A stretch of 23,999 bases of DNA from Nitrospinota bacterium (GCA_046581755.1 JAYGFR010000016.1:1-23999), one strand, 5' to 3'; shown: positions 1 to 8,475, counted from the first letter of the stretch. Numbers and translations: made by a program. The notes: generated by a model from the sequence alone, not told the origin.

Positions 1-333
1 TTCCGTCCCGAGCCCCGGCTCGGCAGCAACGGGGGCGTCTACGAGGGCCGCACCTACACCCTCCTTCCCGGCACGACAAAAGACGTCCTTGCAAAATGGA
101 CCGTGGCCATCGAGGCCCGCGAGAAACTCTCGCCCCTCGCCGCCCTGTTTATGTCCGAGTCGGGCCCGCTGAACGAATGGATTCACATATGGGCCTACGA
201 TGACCTGAACCACCGCGCCGAGATTCGCAAAAAAAGCCGCGAGCTGCCGAACTGGCCTCCCGGCTCGAGGCCCTTCCTCGTTTCCCAGAACAACGAAATC
301 TGGGTCCCGGGGCCGTATTCGCTCATGCACTAG
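1..333 (+). CDS. NIPSNAP family protein, 5'-truncated by the window edge
   Basis: Frame +1 is open from base 1: FRPEPRLGSNGGVYEGRTYTLLPG...SESGPLNEWIHIWAYDDLNHRAEIR...WPP...PYSLMH*. The YExRTYxL, GxLNxxxHxWxY and RxxxR patterns are typical of NIPSNAP domains. The true start lies upstream of the window. Confidence 0.85.
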   Translation, partial: FRPEPRLGSNGGVYEGRTYTLLPGTTKDVLAKWTVAIEAREKLSPLAALFMSESGPLNEWIHIWAYDDLNHRAEIRKKSRELPNWPPGSRPFLVSQNNEIWVPGPYSLMH

Positions 334-356
334 GTTTTCTAATGCACGAGGTTTTC
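325..356. repeat. Short imperfect direct repeat spanning the NIPSNAP stop codon
   Basis: ATGCACTAGGTTTTC (325-339) and ATGCACGAGGTTTTC (342-356), 14/15 identical, period 17. Confidence 0.6.
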
Positions 357-422
357 ATTTGCCTATCAGGGCCGGACCCGTGCGCTGCCCGTGCCGCCCG
401 TACGGTGAGCGCTCGATAAAAT

Positions 423-458
423 TGCCCCCCGGTCTCCGGCGAAAGAGATCGGGGGGCA
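423..458. terminator. Probable bidirectional intrinsic terminator between the convergent NIPSNAP and uppP genes
   Basis: Stem TGCCCCCCGGTCTC (423-436) / GAGATCGGGGGGCA (445-458), 14 bp with one G-U. Flanked by TTCGTTTGT on the right and TAAAAT on the left. Confidence 0.7.
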
Positions 459-488
459 TTCGTTTGTCCGGCTGGCGGGATGCCGCCT

Positions 489-1295
489 TTAAAAATATAA
501 AATCCCCGCGATGCCCAGCGCCCAGCAGTAGTACGCGAACCCCCGTAAATTTCCCCTTTTCACGAGGCGGATCAGCCAGCCGAGGGCGAGGATGCCCGCC
601 GCCGCCGCCGCCGAGACGCCGATGAAAAAGGGGAGCAGATCCCCCGCCCCGATATCGGCGAGGTGCTTGGCCTTGAGCAAGAAGGCGCCGGTGATGGCGG
701 GGATCGAGAGCAAAAAGCTGAAGCGGGCGGCCATCTCGCGGTCGATCCCCAGAACCAGGGCCGAGGTGATCGTCGCCCCGGAGCGGGAGATGCCCGGCGT
801 GATGGAGAGGGCCTGGAAGAGGCCGATGACGAGGGCGTCGCGCCCGGTCATCTCATCCTCGCCCCGGCCGCCGGCGGAATGCGATTTGCCGAAGAACAAA
901 AGGGCGCCCGTGACCAGGAGCGCCATGGAGGTCAACCGTGGGCTGGCGAAGAGGCCCTCGATGAAATCGTCGAAGAGGATGCCGACGAAGCCCGCCGGGA
1001 CCGAGGCCAGGAGGATGAGCCAGGCCGTCCGCGCCGAGGCGGGGTCCGGGTTTTTTCCGGCCAGGGACAGAACCCAGGCGCGGAGGATTCGCCAGGCATC
1101 GGCTCCGTAAAAGGCGAGGACAGCCGCCAGGGTGCCCACGTGGAGAAGGATATCGAAAAGAAGCTGGGGCTTGGCGAAGCCGAGGAGGGCCTGGCCCAGG
1201 ACGAGGTGGCCCGAGCTGCTGACGGGCAGGAATTCGGTCATCCCCTGGAGGATGCCCAGCAGGGCCGCCTGCGCCCAGGTGATGCTTTCGCTCAT
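489..1295 (-). CDS. uppP: Undecaprenyl-diphosphate phosphatase (BacA/UppP)
   Basis: Motifs QGMTEFLPVSSSGH, HVGTL, PGISRSGAT and ARFSFLLSIPA; hydrophobic throughout. Start trimmed from 1388 to ATG 1295 (MSESITW...), which follows GGAG and avoids overlap with the upstream gene. Confidence 0.95.
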   Translation of the reverse strand: MSESITWAQAALLGILQGMTEFLPVSSSGHLVLGQALLGFAKPQLLFDILLHVGTLAAVLAFYGADAWRILRAWVLSLAGKNPDPASARTAWLILLASVPAGFVGILFDDFIEGLFASPRLTSMALLVTGALLFFGKSHSAGGRGEDEMTGRDALVIGLFQALSITPGISRSGATITSALVLGIDREMAARFSFLLSIPAITGAFLLKAKHLADIGAGDLLPFFIGVSAAAAAGILALGWLIRLVKRGNLRGFAYYCWALGIAGILYF

Positions 1296-1309
1296 TCCGG
1301 TCTCCGGAG

Positions 1310-2440
1310 CTAAAGGTAGCGTTTGAACCCTTTTTTGCCGAGCTTTTTGACCAGCTCTCCCACCGATTGGGCGCTCGAGGCGCGGCACAAGAGAAGGGCG
1401 TCCCCCGATTCGATCACGATGAGGTCCTCGACCCCGATCGCGGCGACGAGCGGCTTGGTCGTGCGGACGATGAGTCCGCGCGTCTCCTCGGCGTGGACAT
1501 GCCCCCCCTTGGGGACGATCCAGATGTTACCCGCCCCGTCGAGGGGCAGCACGCCCCGGAGCGCCGTCCAGCTCCCCACGTCGTCCCAGCCCATGTCGGC
1601 GGGCAGGACGATGAGATCGCGGGCGGATTCCATGACAGCATAGTCGATGCTGACCGCCTCGCAGGCCTTGAAGTGGCGTGCGAAGGCGGCGGTCTGGCGC
1701 TTCCGGAGGGCCTCGGCCGCCAGCTCAATGCGGCGGCCGGTCTCGGGCAGGCTGCGCTCGATTTCGCGGATCGCCCGCGAGGCGCGCCAGATGAAGATCC
1801 CCCCGTTCCAGTAATAGCGGCCCGATGAGACGAAGCGCCGGGCGCGCGCGGGAGAGGGTTTTTCGGTGAAGCGGCGGACGGCGTACGCCTCGGCCCGGCC
1901 GGGGGCGGGCACCTTTTTTCCCCGCTGGATGTACCCGTAGCCCGTCTCCGGGCCAGCCGGCTTGAGGCCGAGGGTGACGATGGCGTCTTGGTCCCGGGCG
2001 AGGCCGGCCGCCACCCGGACGAGCCGCCTCAGCACCGAGGGCCGGGAGATGTGGTGATCGGCCGGAAACGCCGCCATGACCGCACCCGCATCGCGCGCCT
2101 CGATAATCCGCGCCGCGAGGCCGAGGCAGGGAGCCGTGTTCCGTCCCTCGGGCTCGAGGACGATGTTGCGCCCCGGAATCTCGGGGAGGGATTTGCGAAT
2201 CAGTCGGCTGTGGCTGGCCGAGCCGATGACGAGAATGCGCTCGGGGGGGACGAGCCCCTCCAGGCGCGCGGCGGATTGCCGAAGGAGGGAGTCCGTTTCG
2301 TCCCCGGCCTTATTGCCCGGCCTGTTTCCGCCCGGCGGCAGGAACTGCTTGGGCCGCGCGGCGCGGCTTTCGGGCCAAAACCGCGTGCCGCTGCCGCCGG
2401 CTATGATGACCGCCCAGAGGGGTGCGTTTCGTTTCGCCAT
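1310..2440 (-). CDS. manC: Mannose-1-phosphate guanylyltransferase (monofunctional; no C-terminal PMI cupin domain)
   Basis: IIAGGSGTRFWPESR..PKQFL, LEPEGRNTAP, FPADHHI, ETGYGYI, FTEKP, YYWNGGIF, SIDYAVME, GWDDVGSW. At 376 aa it is too short for the bifunctional GMP-PMI form. Confidence 0.92.
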   Translation of the reverse strand: MAKRNAPLWAVIIAGGSGTRFWPESRAARPKQFLPPGGNRPGNKAGDETDSLLRQSAARLEGLVPPERILVIGSASHSRLIRKSLPEIPGRNIVLEPEGRNTAPCLGLAARIIEARDAGAVMAAFPADHHISRPSVLRRLVRVAAGLARDQDAIVTLGLKPAGPETGYGYIQRGKKVPAPGRAEAYAVRRFTEKPSPARARRFVSSGRYYWNGGIFIWRASRAIREIERSLPETGRRIELAAEALRKRQTAAFARHFKACEAVSIDYAVMESARDLIVLPADMGWDDVGSWTALRGVLPLDGAGNIWIVPKGGHVHAEETRGLIVRTTKPLVAAIGVEDLIVIESGDALLLCRASSAQSVGELVKKLGKKGFKRYL

Positions 2441-2444
2441 TTCC

Positions 2445-3032
2445 CTAGCGCACCAGGTGGAGGAGGAGAAAACCGCCGATAACCGCGGCGGTGAACACGA
2501 GTGTCAGCAGGTTGAAATACCGGTCGATGAAGTTCCGGATGGGGTCGCCGAATTTTTGGATCAGCCAGGCGACGAGGAAAAACCGGGCCGAGCGGCTCAC
2601 GGCCGAGGCCAGGACGAACACCGCGAAACTGATCCGAAAGGCGCCCGCCGAGATGGTGAATACTTTGTAGGGGATCGGGGTGAACCCGGCAATTCCCACC
2701 GCCCAGGCGTCGTAGGTGCGGAAGTAATCCTGTACGAGGAGGTATTTATCCATGACGCCGTAGAAGGCCAGGATCTGCTTGCCGATGGCGTCAAAGAGGA
2801 GGAGGCCGATGGTGTAACCCACAACGCCCCCGATGACGGAGGCTGCCGAGCATACGGCGGCGAAAAAGAAGGCGCGCCTCGGCTTGCCCAGCGAGAGCGC
2901 CATGAGGAGCGGATCGGGCGGAAGCGGAAAGAAGATCGATTCGGTGAACGACAGGGCCGCCAGGGCGGAGGTCCCATAATGCGAATCCGCCCACCCGAGA
3001 ACCCAGTCGTAGAACTGGCGAATTTTATGCAT
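2445..3032 (-). CDS. YqaA-like / DedA (SNARE-associated, VTT domain) membrane protein
   Basis: C-terminal 195 aa of the 2445..3533 ORF, from ATG 3032 (MHKIRQFYDWVLGWAD...), overlapping the PMM stop by 8 nt. Motifs LSFTESIFFPLPPDPLL, SVIGGVVGYTIG, AGFTPIPYKVFTISAG and SRSARFF. Confidence 0.88.
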   Translation of the reverse strand: MHKIRQFYDWVLGWADSHYGTSALAALSFTESIFFPLPPDPLLMALSLGKPRRAFFFAAVCSAASVIGGVVGYTIGLLLFDAIGKQILAFYGVMDKYLLVQDYFRTYDAWAVGIAGFTPIPYKVFTISAGAFRISFAVFVLASAVSRSARFFLVAWLIQKFGDPIRNFIDRYFNLLTLVFTAAVIGGFLLLHLVR

Positions 3033-4404
3033 CGTCCAGTTCCACCGAGGGAAACGCCCTGAGCTGCGCATACACCTCGTCCCGGTAGGCATTGAGGGAT
3101 TTCTCGTCCTCGGCCTCGAAGCGGCACACGATGACGGGTTGGGTGTTCGAGGCGCGGACGAGGCCCCACCCCTTCTCGAAGTTGATGCGCACTCCGTCCA
3201 CCTCGATCGTCTCGTATTTTTCCCGAAAATGGGCGCGGAGGGTTTCGACGATCTCGAATTTTTCCTCGTCTGTGCACCCGATCCGAAGCTCGGGCGTGGC
3301 GATCGAGGCGGGGATCTCGGCCATCCGCTTGGCCAGGGTCCGGCTGTCCGAGGCGAGGAGGTGGAGCAGGCGCGCCGCCGCGTAAATCGCATCGTCGTAG
3401 CCCAGGTAGCCGTCTGCAAAAAAAATGTGGCCGGACAACTCCCCGGCCAGCGGGGCGTTTTCGGCCACGAGGTTGGCGCGGACGAGCGAGTGCCCGGTGG
3501 GCGACATGACGGGGCGGCCGCCCATGGCGTCAATCGCCTCGGCCAACCGGGATGAGCATTTTACGTCGAACACGACGGCCTCGCCCGGCCGCCGGGCGAG
3601 GATGGGCCCCGCGTAGAGGATCAAAAGCTCGTCTCCCCAAACGATTCGCCCGTCCGAGTCGACCGCTCCAATCCGGTCCCCGTCACCGTCGAGGGCGATG
3701 CCGGCCTCGGCCCCGGTTTCCTGAACAGTTGCGATCAGGGATTCGAGATTGGCCGGGATGGTGGGGTCCGGATGGTGGTTGGGGAAGGTGCCGTCGGGCT
3801 CGCAGAAAAGTTCGACGACCTCGGCGCCAATCACGCGGAGGGCCCGGGCCGCGAGGGGGCCCGCGGCGCCGTTTCCCGCGTCGAGGACCATCTTGACCGG
3901 CCTCGCGAGGGGAAGATCCCCGGTGACGCGCTCGATATATGCGTCCCGAATGTCTTCTTCGCTCCAGGGGCCGGGCGCGTCCGCCGTATAAAGGCGGTCC
4001 TCGTCGATGATTCGGCGGATTTCCTGAATTTCATCCCCGTGAATGGCTTCTTTTCCCCGGGTGATTTTAAACCCGTTGAACTCGGGGGGGTTGTGGCTGC
4101 CGGTGATCTGAATCCCGCCGGCGGTATTGAAGTGGTGGGTCGCGAAGGAGAGGCAAGGGGTGGGGCCCATTCCGATGCCGGTGACGCGGCATCCGGCGGC
4201 GCACAATCCCTCGCTCATGGCCTGGTAGTAGGCGGGAGATGAGAGGCGGTTGTCCCGGCTGAGGGCGATCAGCGCACCGCGCGGCCCGCCCAGGTGGGTG
4301 CCCAGCGCCTGTCCGAGAACGCGGACACCCCCTGGCGTGAGGTCCTCATCGACGATGCCGCGAATATCGTATTCGCGGAAAATCCGGGGATTGAGGGAAA
4401 CCAC
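3025..4404 (-). CDS. Phosphomannomutase/phosphoglucomutase (AlgC-like)
   Basis: IFREYDIRG, catalytic ITGSHNP, metal loop DGDGDR, sugar loop GELSGH, FPNHHPDP, GWGLVRASNTQP. Likely start is GTG 4404, 6 nt after GGAG; the ORF extends to ATG 4431. Confidence 0.93.
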   Translation of the reverse strand: MVSLNPRIFREYDIRGIVDEDLTPGGVRVLGQALGTHLGGPRGALIALSRDNRLSSPAYYQAMSEGLCAAGCRVTGIGMGPTPCLSFATHHFNTAGGIQITGSHNPPEFNGFKITRGKEAIHGDEIQEIRRIIDEDRLYTADAPGPWSEEDIRDAYIERVTGDLPLARPVKMVLDAGNGAAGPLAARALRVIGAEVVELFCEPDGTFPNHHPDPTIPANLESLIATVQETGAEAGIALDGDGDRIGAVDSDGRIVWGDELLILYAGPILARRPGEAVVFDVKCSSRLAEAIDAMGGRPVMSPTGHSLVRANLVAENAPLAGELSGHIFFADGYLGYDDAIYAAARLLHLLASDSRTLAKRMAEIPASIATPELRIGCTDEEKFEIVETLRAHFREKYETIEVDGVRINFEKGWGLVRASNTQPVIVCRFEAEDEKSLNAYRDEVYAQLRAFPSVELDDA

Positions 4405-4458
4405 GAACAACTCCGGCGGAGGGCGGATCATTTAAGCATGAAAGGGGCGGGCGGACAG

Positions 4459-4487
4459 ATTATGGCACCCGCCCCCCTCCGGAGCAA
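4459..4487 (-). promoter_or_regulatory. Putative sigma70 promoter for the pgm-dedA-manC-uppP operon
   Basis: Minus strand TTGCTC (4487-4482), 17 nt spacer, CATAAT (4464-4459), with a TGn extended -10. Confidence 0.55.
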
Positions 4488-4556
4488 GGGATTCGGGGCC
4501 GGGCGGGATTGAATGAGCCGGGGGAAAAGAAATATATTTAAGAAGGGACGGGAATG

Positions 4557-4576
4557 TATAATGTCCCGGAGGACAT
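4557..4576 (+). promoter_or_regulatory. Perfect -10 hexamer overlapped by an inverted repeat upstream of the plsC-like gene
   Basis: TATAAT at 4557-4562 and ATGTCC-N4-GGACAT at 4561-4576. There is no good -35; an AAATATATTT palindrome (4530-4539) occupies that position. Confidence 0.45.
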
Positions 4577-4623
4577 CGGGGGGCTGTTTTTTTCCGCCCT
4601 CAATCTCCGGCGGCTGGGGTCCA

Positions 4624-5349
4624 ATGAAAAACCGTTTCGAAATCATGGAAGGCAAAGGCCTCTGGGCTGAGCGGGCCGTTATTTATCTGTCCTATATTTG
4701 GGTGGATTGGTTGTTCCAGTGGGCCGGGGGTGTCCGCTTCATCGGACTAGATAACATTCCCCCGGACGGGAAAGTTATTTTACTGCCCAATCATATCTCC
4801 GCGCTCGATGTGTTCCTCCTTCCTTTTTCGATTTTATCGAAACATCCACACGCGGTGGTGCGTCAGGCGGCCAAAGAAGAGCTTTTGCGCCTTCCGGTCA
4901 TTGGCTGGTACCTCAAAAAGTTGCGCGCATTTCCGATCAAGCGCGGAAGGGCCGACCGTTCCGCCATCCGGGCCATCGAGGATTTCGCCCGGAAGGATAT
5001 GGTCGTTCTCTATCCCGAGGGGACCCGGAGCCGGGACGGAAAACTGGGGCGGGGAAACCGGATGGTGGGGAAGATTATCCGCACCGTAAGGCCGGTGGTC
5101 ATTCCCGTCGCGATCAAGGGAACGGACCGTATCATTCAGGTCGGAAAATATTTTCCCCGCCGGGGCACCGGTGTGGAGGTGATCTTCGGGGCTCCGCTGG
5201 AATTGAGCCGGGAATATGAAATTGAGAACATCAAGGAATCGAGCACTCGAATCGTCGATAGGGTGATGCAGGCCATCTCCTCCCTTCTGGAGGGAGATCG
5301 GGCCGAGACGCCGCATCCGGCGGGCGCTTTGGAGGAGGCGGGGAAATGA
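4624..5349 (+). CDS. plsC: 1-acyl-sn-glycerol-3-phosphate acyltransferase (lysophospholipid acyltransferase family)
   Basis: NHISALD (HX4D), AKEEL, FPIKRG, YPEGTRS and IPVAIKG. Start uncertain (ATG 4624 or 4645); the ORF extension to 4513 runs through the putative promoter. Confidence 0.85.
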   Translation: MKNRFEIMEGKGLWAERAVIYLSYIWVDWLFQWAGGVRFIGLDNIPPDGKVILLPNHISALDVFLLPFSILSKHPHAVVRQAAKEELLRLPVIGWYLKKLRAFPIKRGRADRSAIRAIEDFARKDMVVLYPEGTRSRDGKLGRGNRMVGKIIRTVRPVVIPVAIKGTDRIIQVGKYFPRRGTGVEVIFGAPLELSREYEIENIKESSTRIVDRVMQAISSLLEGDRAETPHPAGALEEAGK

Positions 5350-5888
5350 GCGCCGCAAGGAGGAGGGGGCTCGAGAATCTGGGAGGAATTTTCACCCAGT
5401 TGCGCCGTTCCGAAAAATGGGGCCGCCATCTTTCCAGCCATGCCGTTTTCCGGGTGTGGGAGGATGCAGTGGGAGAGGCCTTGGCAAAAGTGGCCCGGCC
5501 CGTGTCCCTTCGGGGCGGCACCCTGCGCGTCGAGGTGTCCGATCCGGCCTGGATGCAGGAACTCCACCTGATGAGCGGCGATATTCTGGCAAAGATCAAG
5601 GAGGCCCTGGAGGGGGAAGATATCGAAAACATCCGGTTCCAGGCCGGCGGGGGGGCGGCGGCGGAGAGCGCCGGGATAGATCGAAGCGGTCATTCGCGAT
5701 ACGTTTCCAAGGTGCCTCCGCCGGAGGCGGTGGTTTCCTCCGGCGATAGAATCGCCATTCGGGAGGCGCTGGAAACATTCGATGATCCCGAACTGCGGGA
5801 GAGCGTTGAACATCTCATGGAGCGGATGCGCAACCGGGTCCCCGGGGAAGAGATGGAGAAACCCAAAGAATGGGAGAAGAGGGAATGA
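5346..5888 (+). CDS. dciA: DUF721 / DciA-family replicative helicase loader
   Basis: VWEDAVGEALAKVARPVSLRGGTLRVEVSDPAWMQEL...ILAKIKEAL...IENIRF matches the DUF721 pattern. ATGA overlaps at both ends imply translational coupling. Confidence 0.8.
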   Translation: MSAARRRGLENLGGIFTQLRRSEKWGRHLSSHAVFRVWEDAVGEALAKVARPVSLRGGTLRVEVSDPAWMQELHLMSGDILAKIKEALEGEDIENIRFQAGGGAAAESAGIDRSGHSRYVSKVPPPEAVVSSGDRIAIREALETFDDPELRESVEHLMERMRNRVPGEEMEKPKEWEKRE

Positions 5889-7612
5889 GAAAGGCGGTTC
5901 CGCGTCTCGCCCCATTGATTGTCCTCGCGGCGCTGGTCTGGGGATGTGCCGAAACCAGCCAGGAGGTGCTGTTGAAACCGGATGTCCCGGGGCCGGTTTT
6001 GGGGACGGCGGAATCCTATCAAAACTATATCGAGGGCTACCTGAGGGAGTTGAATGGAAATCTCAGGGGGGCCAGCAGGATTTACGCGCAGGCCCTGGAG
6101 CGGGATCCCGAATCGCCGCATTTGCTCACCCGTTTGGCATCCATCCTGATCCGGCAAGGGAAGCTCAAGGGGGCGGAAAAGCTGGTTCGCAAGGCGGTGT
6201 CCCTCGATCCGGCCAATTCGCAGGCCTTTTTCCTGTTGGGCGGAATATTTGCGGCCCGTGGAAAGCTTCAAAGGGCGGTCGATGCCTATGAAGAGCTTTT
6301 GAAAATTAAACCCGACGCGCGCGAAGCGCGGCTTTTGCTGGGCTCGGCCTATCTGGAGTTGAAGCGGTACGAGAAATCGATACAAAATTTCACCCGGCTC
6401 ATCGAACTCAATCCGGGAAATTTCATCACCCGCTACTACCGCGCCCGGGCCTACTCTAAAATGAAGCGCTACGCCCGGGCCGAGCGGGATCTGAAAATCG
6501 TATTGCGGATCCGTCCCCGGCATACGCGGGCGCTGTTGTTCCTCGCCCGGATTTACGAGCAAAGGAAAAATTACACGGCCGCCGAAAAATCCTATAAACG
6601 CCTTTTGCGCCTCAATCCGAAAAACCGGTTTGCCCGGACCCGCCTGGGACAGATGTACATTCGAAAGGATAATCTCAAGGGCGCGCTCAAGGAGTATGAG
6701 CGCCTGATCGCGGATGAGCCGAACAATCTCGTCATTCACAGGACGCTGGGCTTCCTTCATTTTGACCGGCGGAATTTCCAGCGCGCTCTTCGCGAATTCC
6801 AGTTCGTCCTCGCCCGGAAGCCAAAGGACGATGTGGTTCGCAGGTATGTGGCCGCGATTTACGAGGAGTTGAACCAGCTGACCCAGGCGGAGCAGGAGCT
6901 CCAGAAAATCCTCGAGCTAAAACCCAACGCCCTCGAAGCCTATATTCAGTTGGCGAGGCTCCACGGGAAGAGGAAAGACTGGAAGAAGGTCAATTCCATT
7001 TTGGATAGGGCGACCAAAAGCCATGCCAAGAGCGATCGCCTTTCGTTTATTCGCGGGGTCTTTTTGGCCCAGCAAAAACGCTACGAGGAAGCGGTTCCCT
7101 TTTACCGCTCCGCCGTGCTCTTGAATCCCAAGCGGGCGAATTACCGCTTCAACCTCGCCGTTGCCTACTACGAGCTCCATCAGTGGATCGACGTGGAGAA
7201 GATGGTGCGGTCCGTCCTGGCCATTCAGCCCAAGCATGCCAATGCGATGAATTTGCTGGGGTTCATGTTATCCGAGCGCAACCAGAAAATTGACGAGGCC
7301 GAAAAATTGGTAATTGGCGCGCTGGTGCTCGAGCCCAACAATGCGGCCTTTCTCGATAGCCTGGGATGGGTGTACTACCGGCAGGGCAAGATCAAGCTGG
7401 CGCTGAAAAAGATTCTGCACGCCGTGAACCAATTGCCCAACGATGCCGTCATTCTCGATCACCTGGGCGACATCTATCTGGCTTTGAAGGAGATCCCCAA
7501 GGCGCTCATCCAGTGGAAAAAATCCTACAAAATCGATCCCAAGGGCAAAAAAGTGCACCAAAAAATTCTCAAATACGGCGAGCGCGTCAAGGCGCTCCCA
7601 AAGAAAAAGTAG
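5885..7612 (+). CDS. Tetratricopeptide-repeat lipoprotein
   Basis: ATG 5885 overlaps the dciA stop. Signal peptide MRKAVPRLAPLIVLAALVWG-C (lipobox-like), many ~34-aa TPR units, and the C-terminal ANAMNLLGFML...AFLDSLGWVYY...ILDHLGDIY block typical of TPR genes found upstream of lolB/ispE. Confidence 0.88.
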   Translation: MRKAVPRLAPLIVLAALVWGCAETSQEVLLKPDVPGPVLGTAESYQNYIEGYLRELNGNLRGASRIYAQALERDPESPHLLTRLASILIRQGKLKGAEKLVRKAVSLDPANSQAFFLLGGIFAARGKLQRAVDAYEELLKIKPDAREARLLLGSAYLELKRYEKSIQNFTRLIELNPGNFITRYYRARAYSKMKRYARAERDLKIVLRIRPRHTRALLFLARIYEQRKNYTAAEKSYKRLLRLNPKNRFARTRLGQMYIRKDNLKGALKEYERLIADEPNNLVIHRTLGFLHFDRRNFQRALREFQFVLARKPKDDVVRRYVAAIYEELNQLTQAEQELQKILELKPNALEAYIQLARLHGKRKDWKKVNSILDRATKSHAKSDRLSFIRGVFLAQQKRYEEAVPFYRSAVLLNPKRANYRFNLAVAYYELHQWIDVEKMVRSVLAIQPKHANAMNLLGFMLSERNQKIDEAEKLVIGALVLEPNNAAFLDSLGWVYYRQGKIKLALKKILHAVNQLPNDAVILDHLGDIYLALKEIPKALIQWKKSYKIDPKGKKVHQKILKYGERVKALPKKK

Positions 7613-7617
7613 GTTGA

Positions 7618-8475
7618 TTGAATCTTTTTAGGGTGTTTCCGGCGGCGGTTCTTCTTCTTCTCGTTCTGGCGGGTTGCTCCGCCCGGGACCCAATACCCCA
7701 ATCCCCCCTTCCCCAAACCGAAGAAGTGGTCTCGCGCCTTCGCACCAGGCGTCTTCCTCTTTCGTTTCGCTCGATCGTCCACGTGGGCCTGGAATCGCTC
7801 CCGGGCCGGGATTCCGCCTCGTGCTCGGAGGATATTTGGGCCGAGGGCGGGGATGAATTCTCCGGCAAGGCGGTGCTCCTCTGGAAGATGCCGGACGCCC
7901 TGCGGATGGAGTTTCTCTCGCCCTTTGGCTCGCCGCTTTTCGTGGTGGTGGCCGGCGAAAACCGGCTCAGGGCCTATTCGGTGGCCGATCGGCGGTTTTT
8001 CGTGGGCCGGGCGGACAGCGAGACCATGGCGAAATGGCTGGGCCTTCCCATTACGCCCGCTCTGATGGTCCGGATTCTCCGGGGAGGGTTGCCGGCGCTG
8101 AATGACGAGGCGGCGGCGGCGCGCATGGGCTGGGACCAGGAGGCGGGTCTGGTCCGCCTCGACCTGCCGCCGGGCGCAGGGTTGGATCGGCGCCAGGAGG
8201 TGTATTTGGACCCCAGGCGGTGGGAGCCCCGCCGGGTGCGGATCGGAGAAGAGGGGGCGGACCTGTGGGTTCGCTACGGGCCGTTTGTCCGGACCGGAGA
8301 GGGGCGGCGGCCAATCTGGGTGGAGCTGGAGGATATCCGGCGTGGCCGTCGGCTTCGGTTCGACATGGGCCCCAAGGGGGGCGGGGCGGCCGGAAAATTT
8401 TCGGACGATTTGTTCCGCCTAGAGGTTCCGGCCGGGGCCACGGTGGTCCCCCTCATGCCGGGGGCGGATCGGTGA
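7618..8475 (+). CDS. Outer-membrane lipoprotein, LolB-like / DUF4292-like (LolA/LolB fold suspected)
   Basis: TTG start, lipobox LLLLVLAG-C, PDALRMEFLSPFGSPL motif, C-terminal FxLxVPxG. Sits between a TPR gene and ispE, the position lolB occupies in beta/gammaproteobacteria. Confidence 0.6.
   Translation: MNLFRVFPAAVLLLLVLAGCSARDPIPQSPLPQTEEVVSRLRTRRLPLSFRSIVHVGLESLPGRDSASCSEDIWAEGGDEFSGKAVLLWKMPDALRMEFLSPFGSPLFVVVAGENRLRAYSVADRRFFVGRADSETMAKWLGLPITPALMVRILRGGLPALNDEAAAARMGWDQEAGLVRLDLPPGAGLDRRQEVYLDPRRWEPRRVRIGEEGADLWVRYGPFVRTGEGRRPIWVELEDIRRGRRLRFDMGPKGGGAAGKFSDDLFRLEVPAGATVVPLMPGADR

Noticed and set aside
3033..3533. N-terminal extension of the 362-aa ORF suggesting a PMM-DedA fusion or frameshift
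   Set aside because: Alternative-frame read through the end of the PMM gene. PMM is complete with its own stop, and the DedA-like gene has its own ATG at 3032.
8220..8471. 84-aa N-terminal extension of IspE
   Set aside because: Overlaps the LolB-like gene out of frame; IspE homology begins near PAKINL and a GTGA coupling start exists at 8472.
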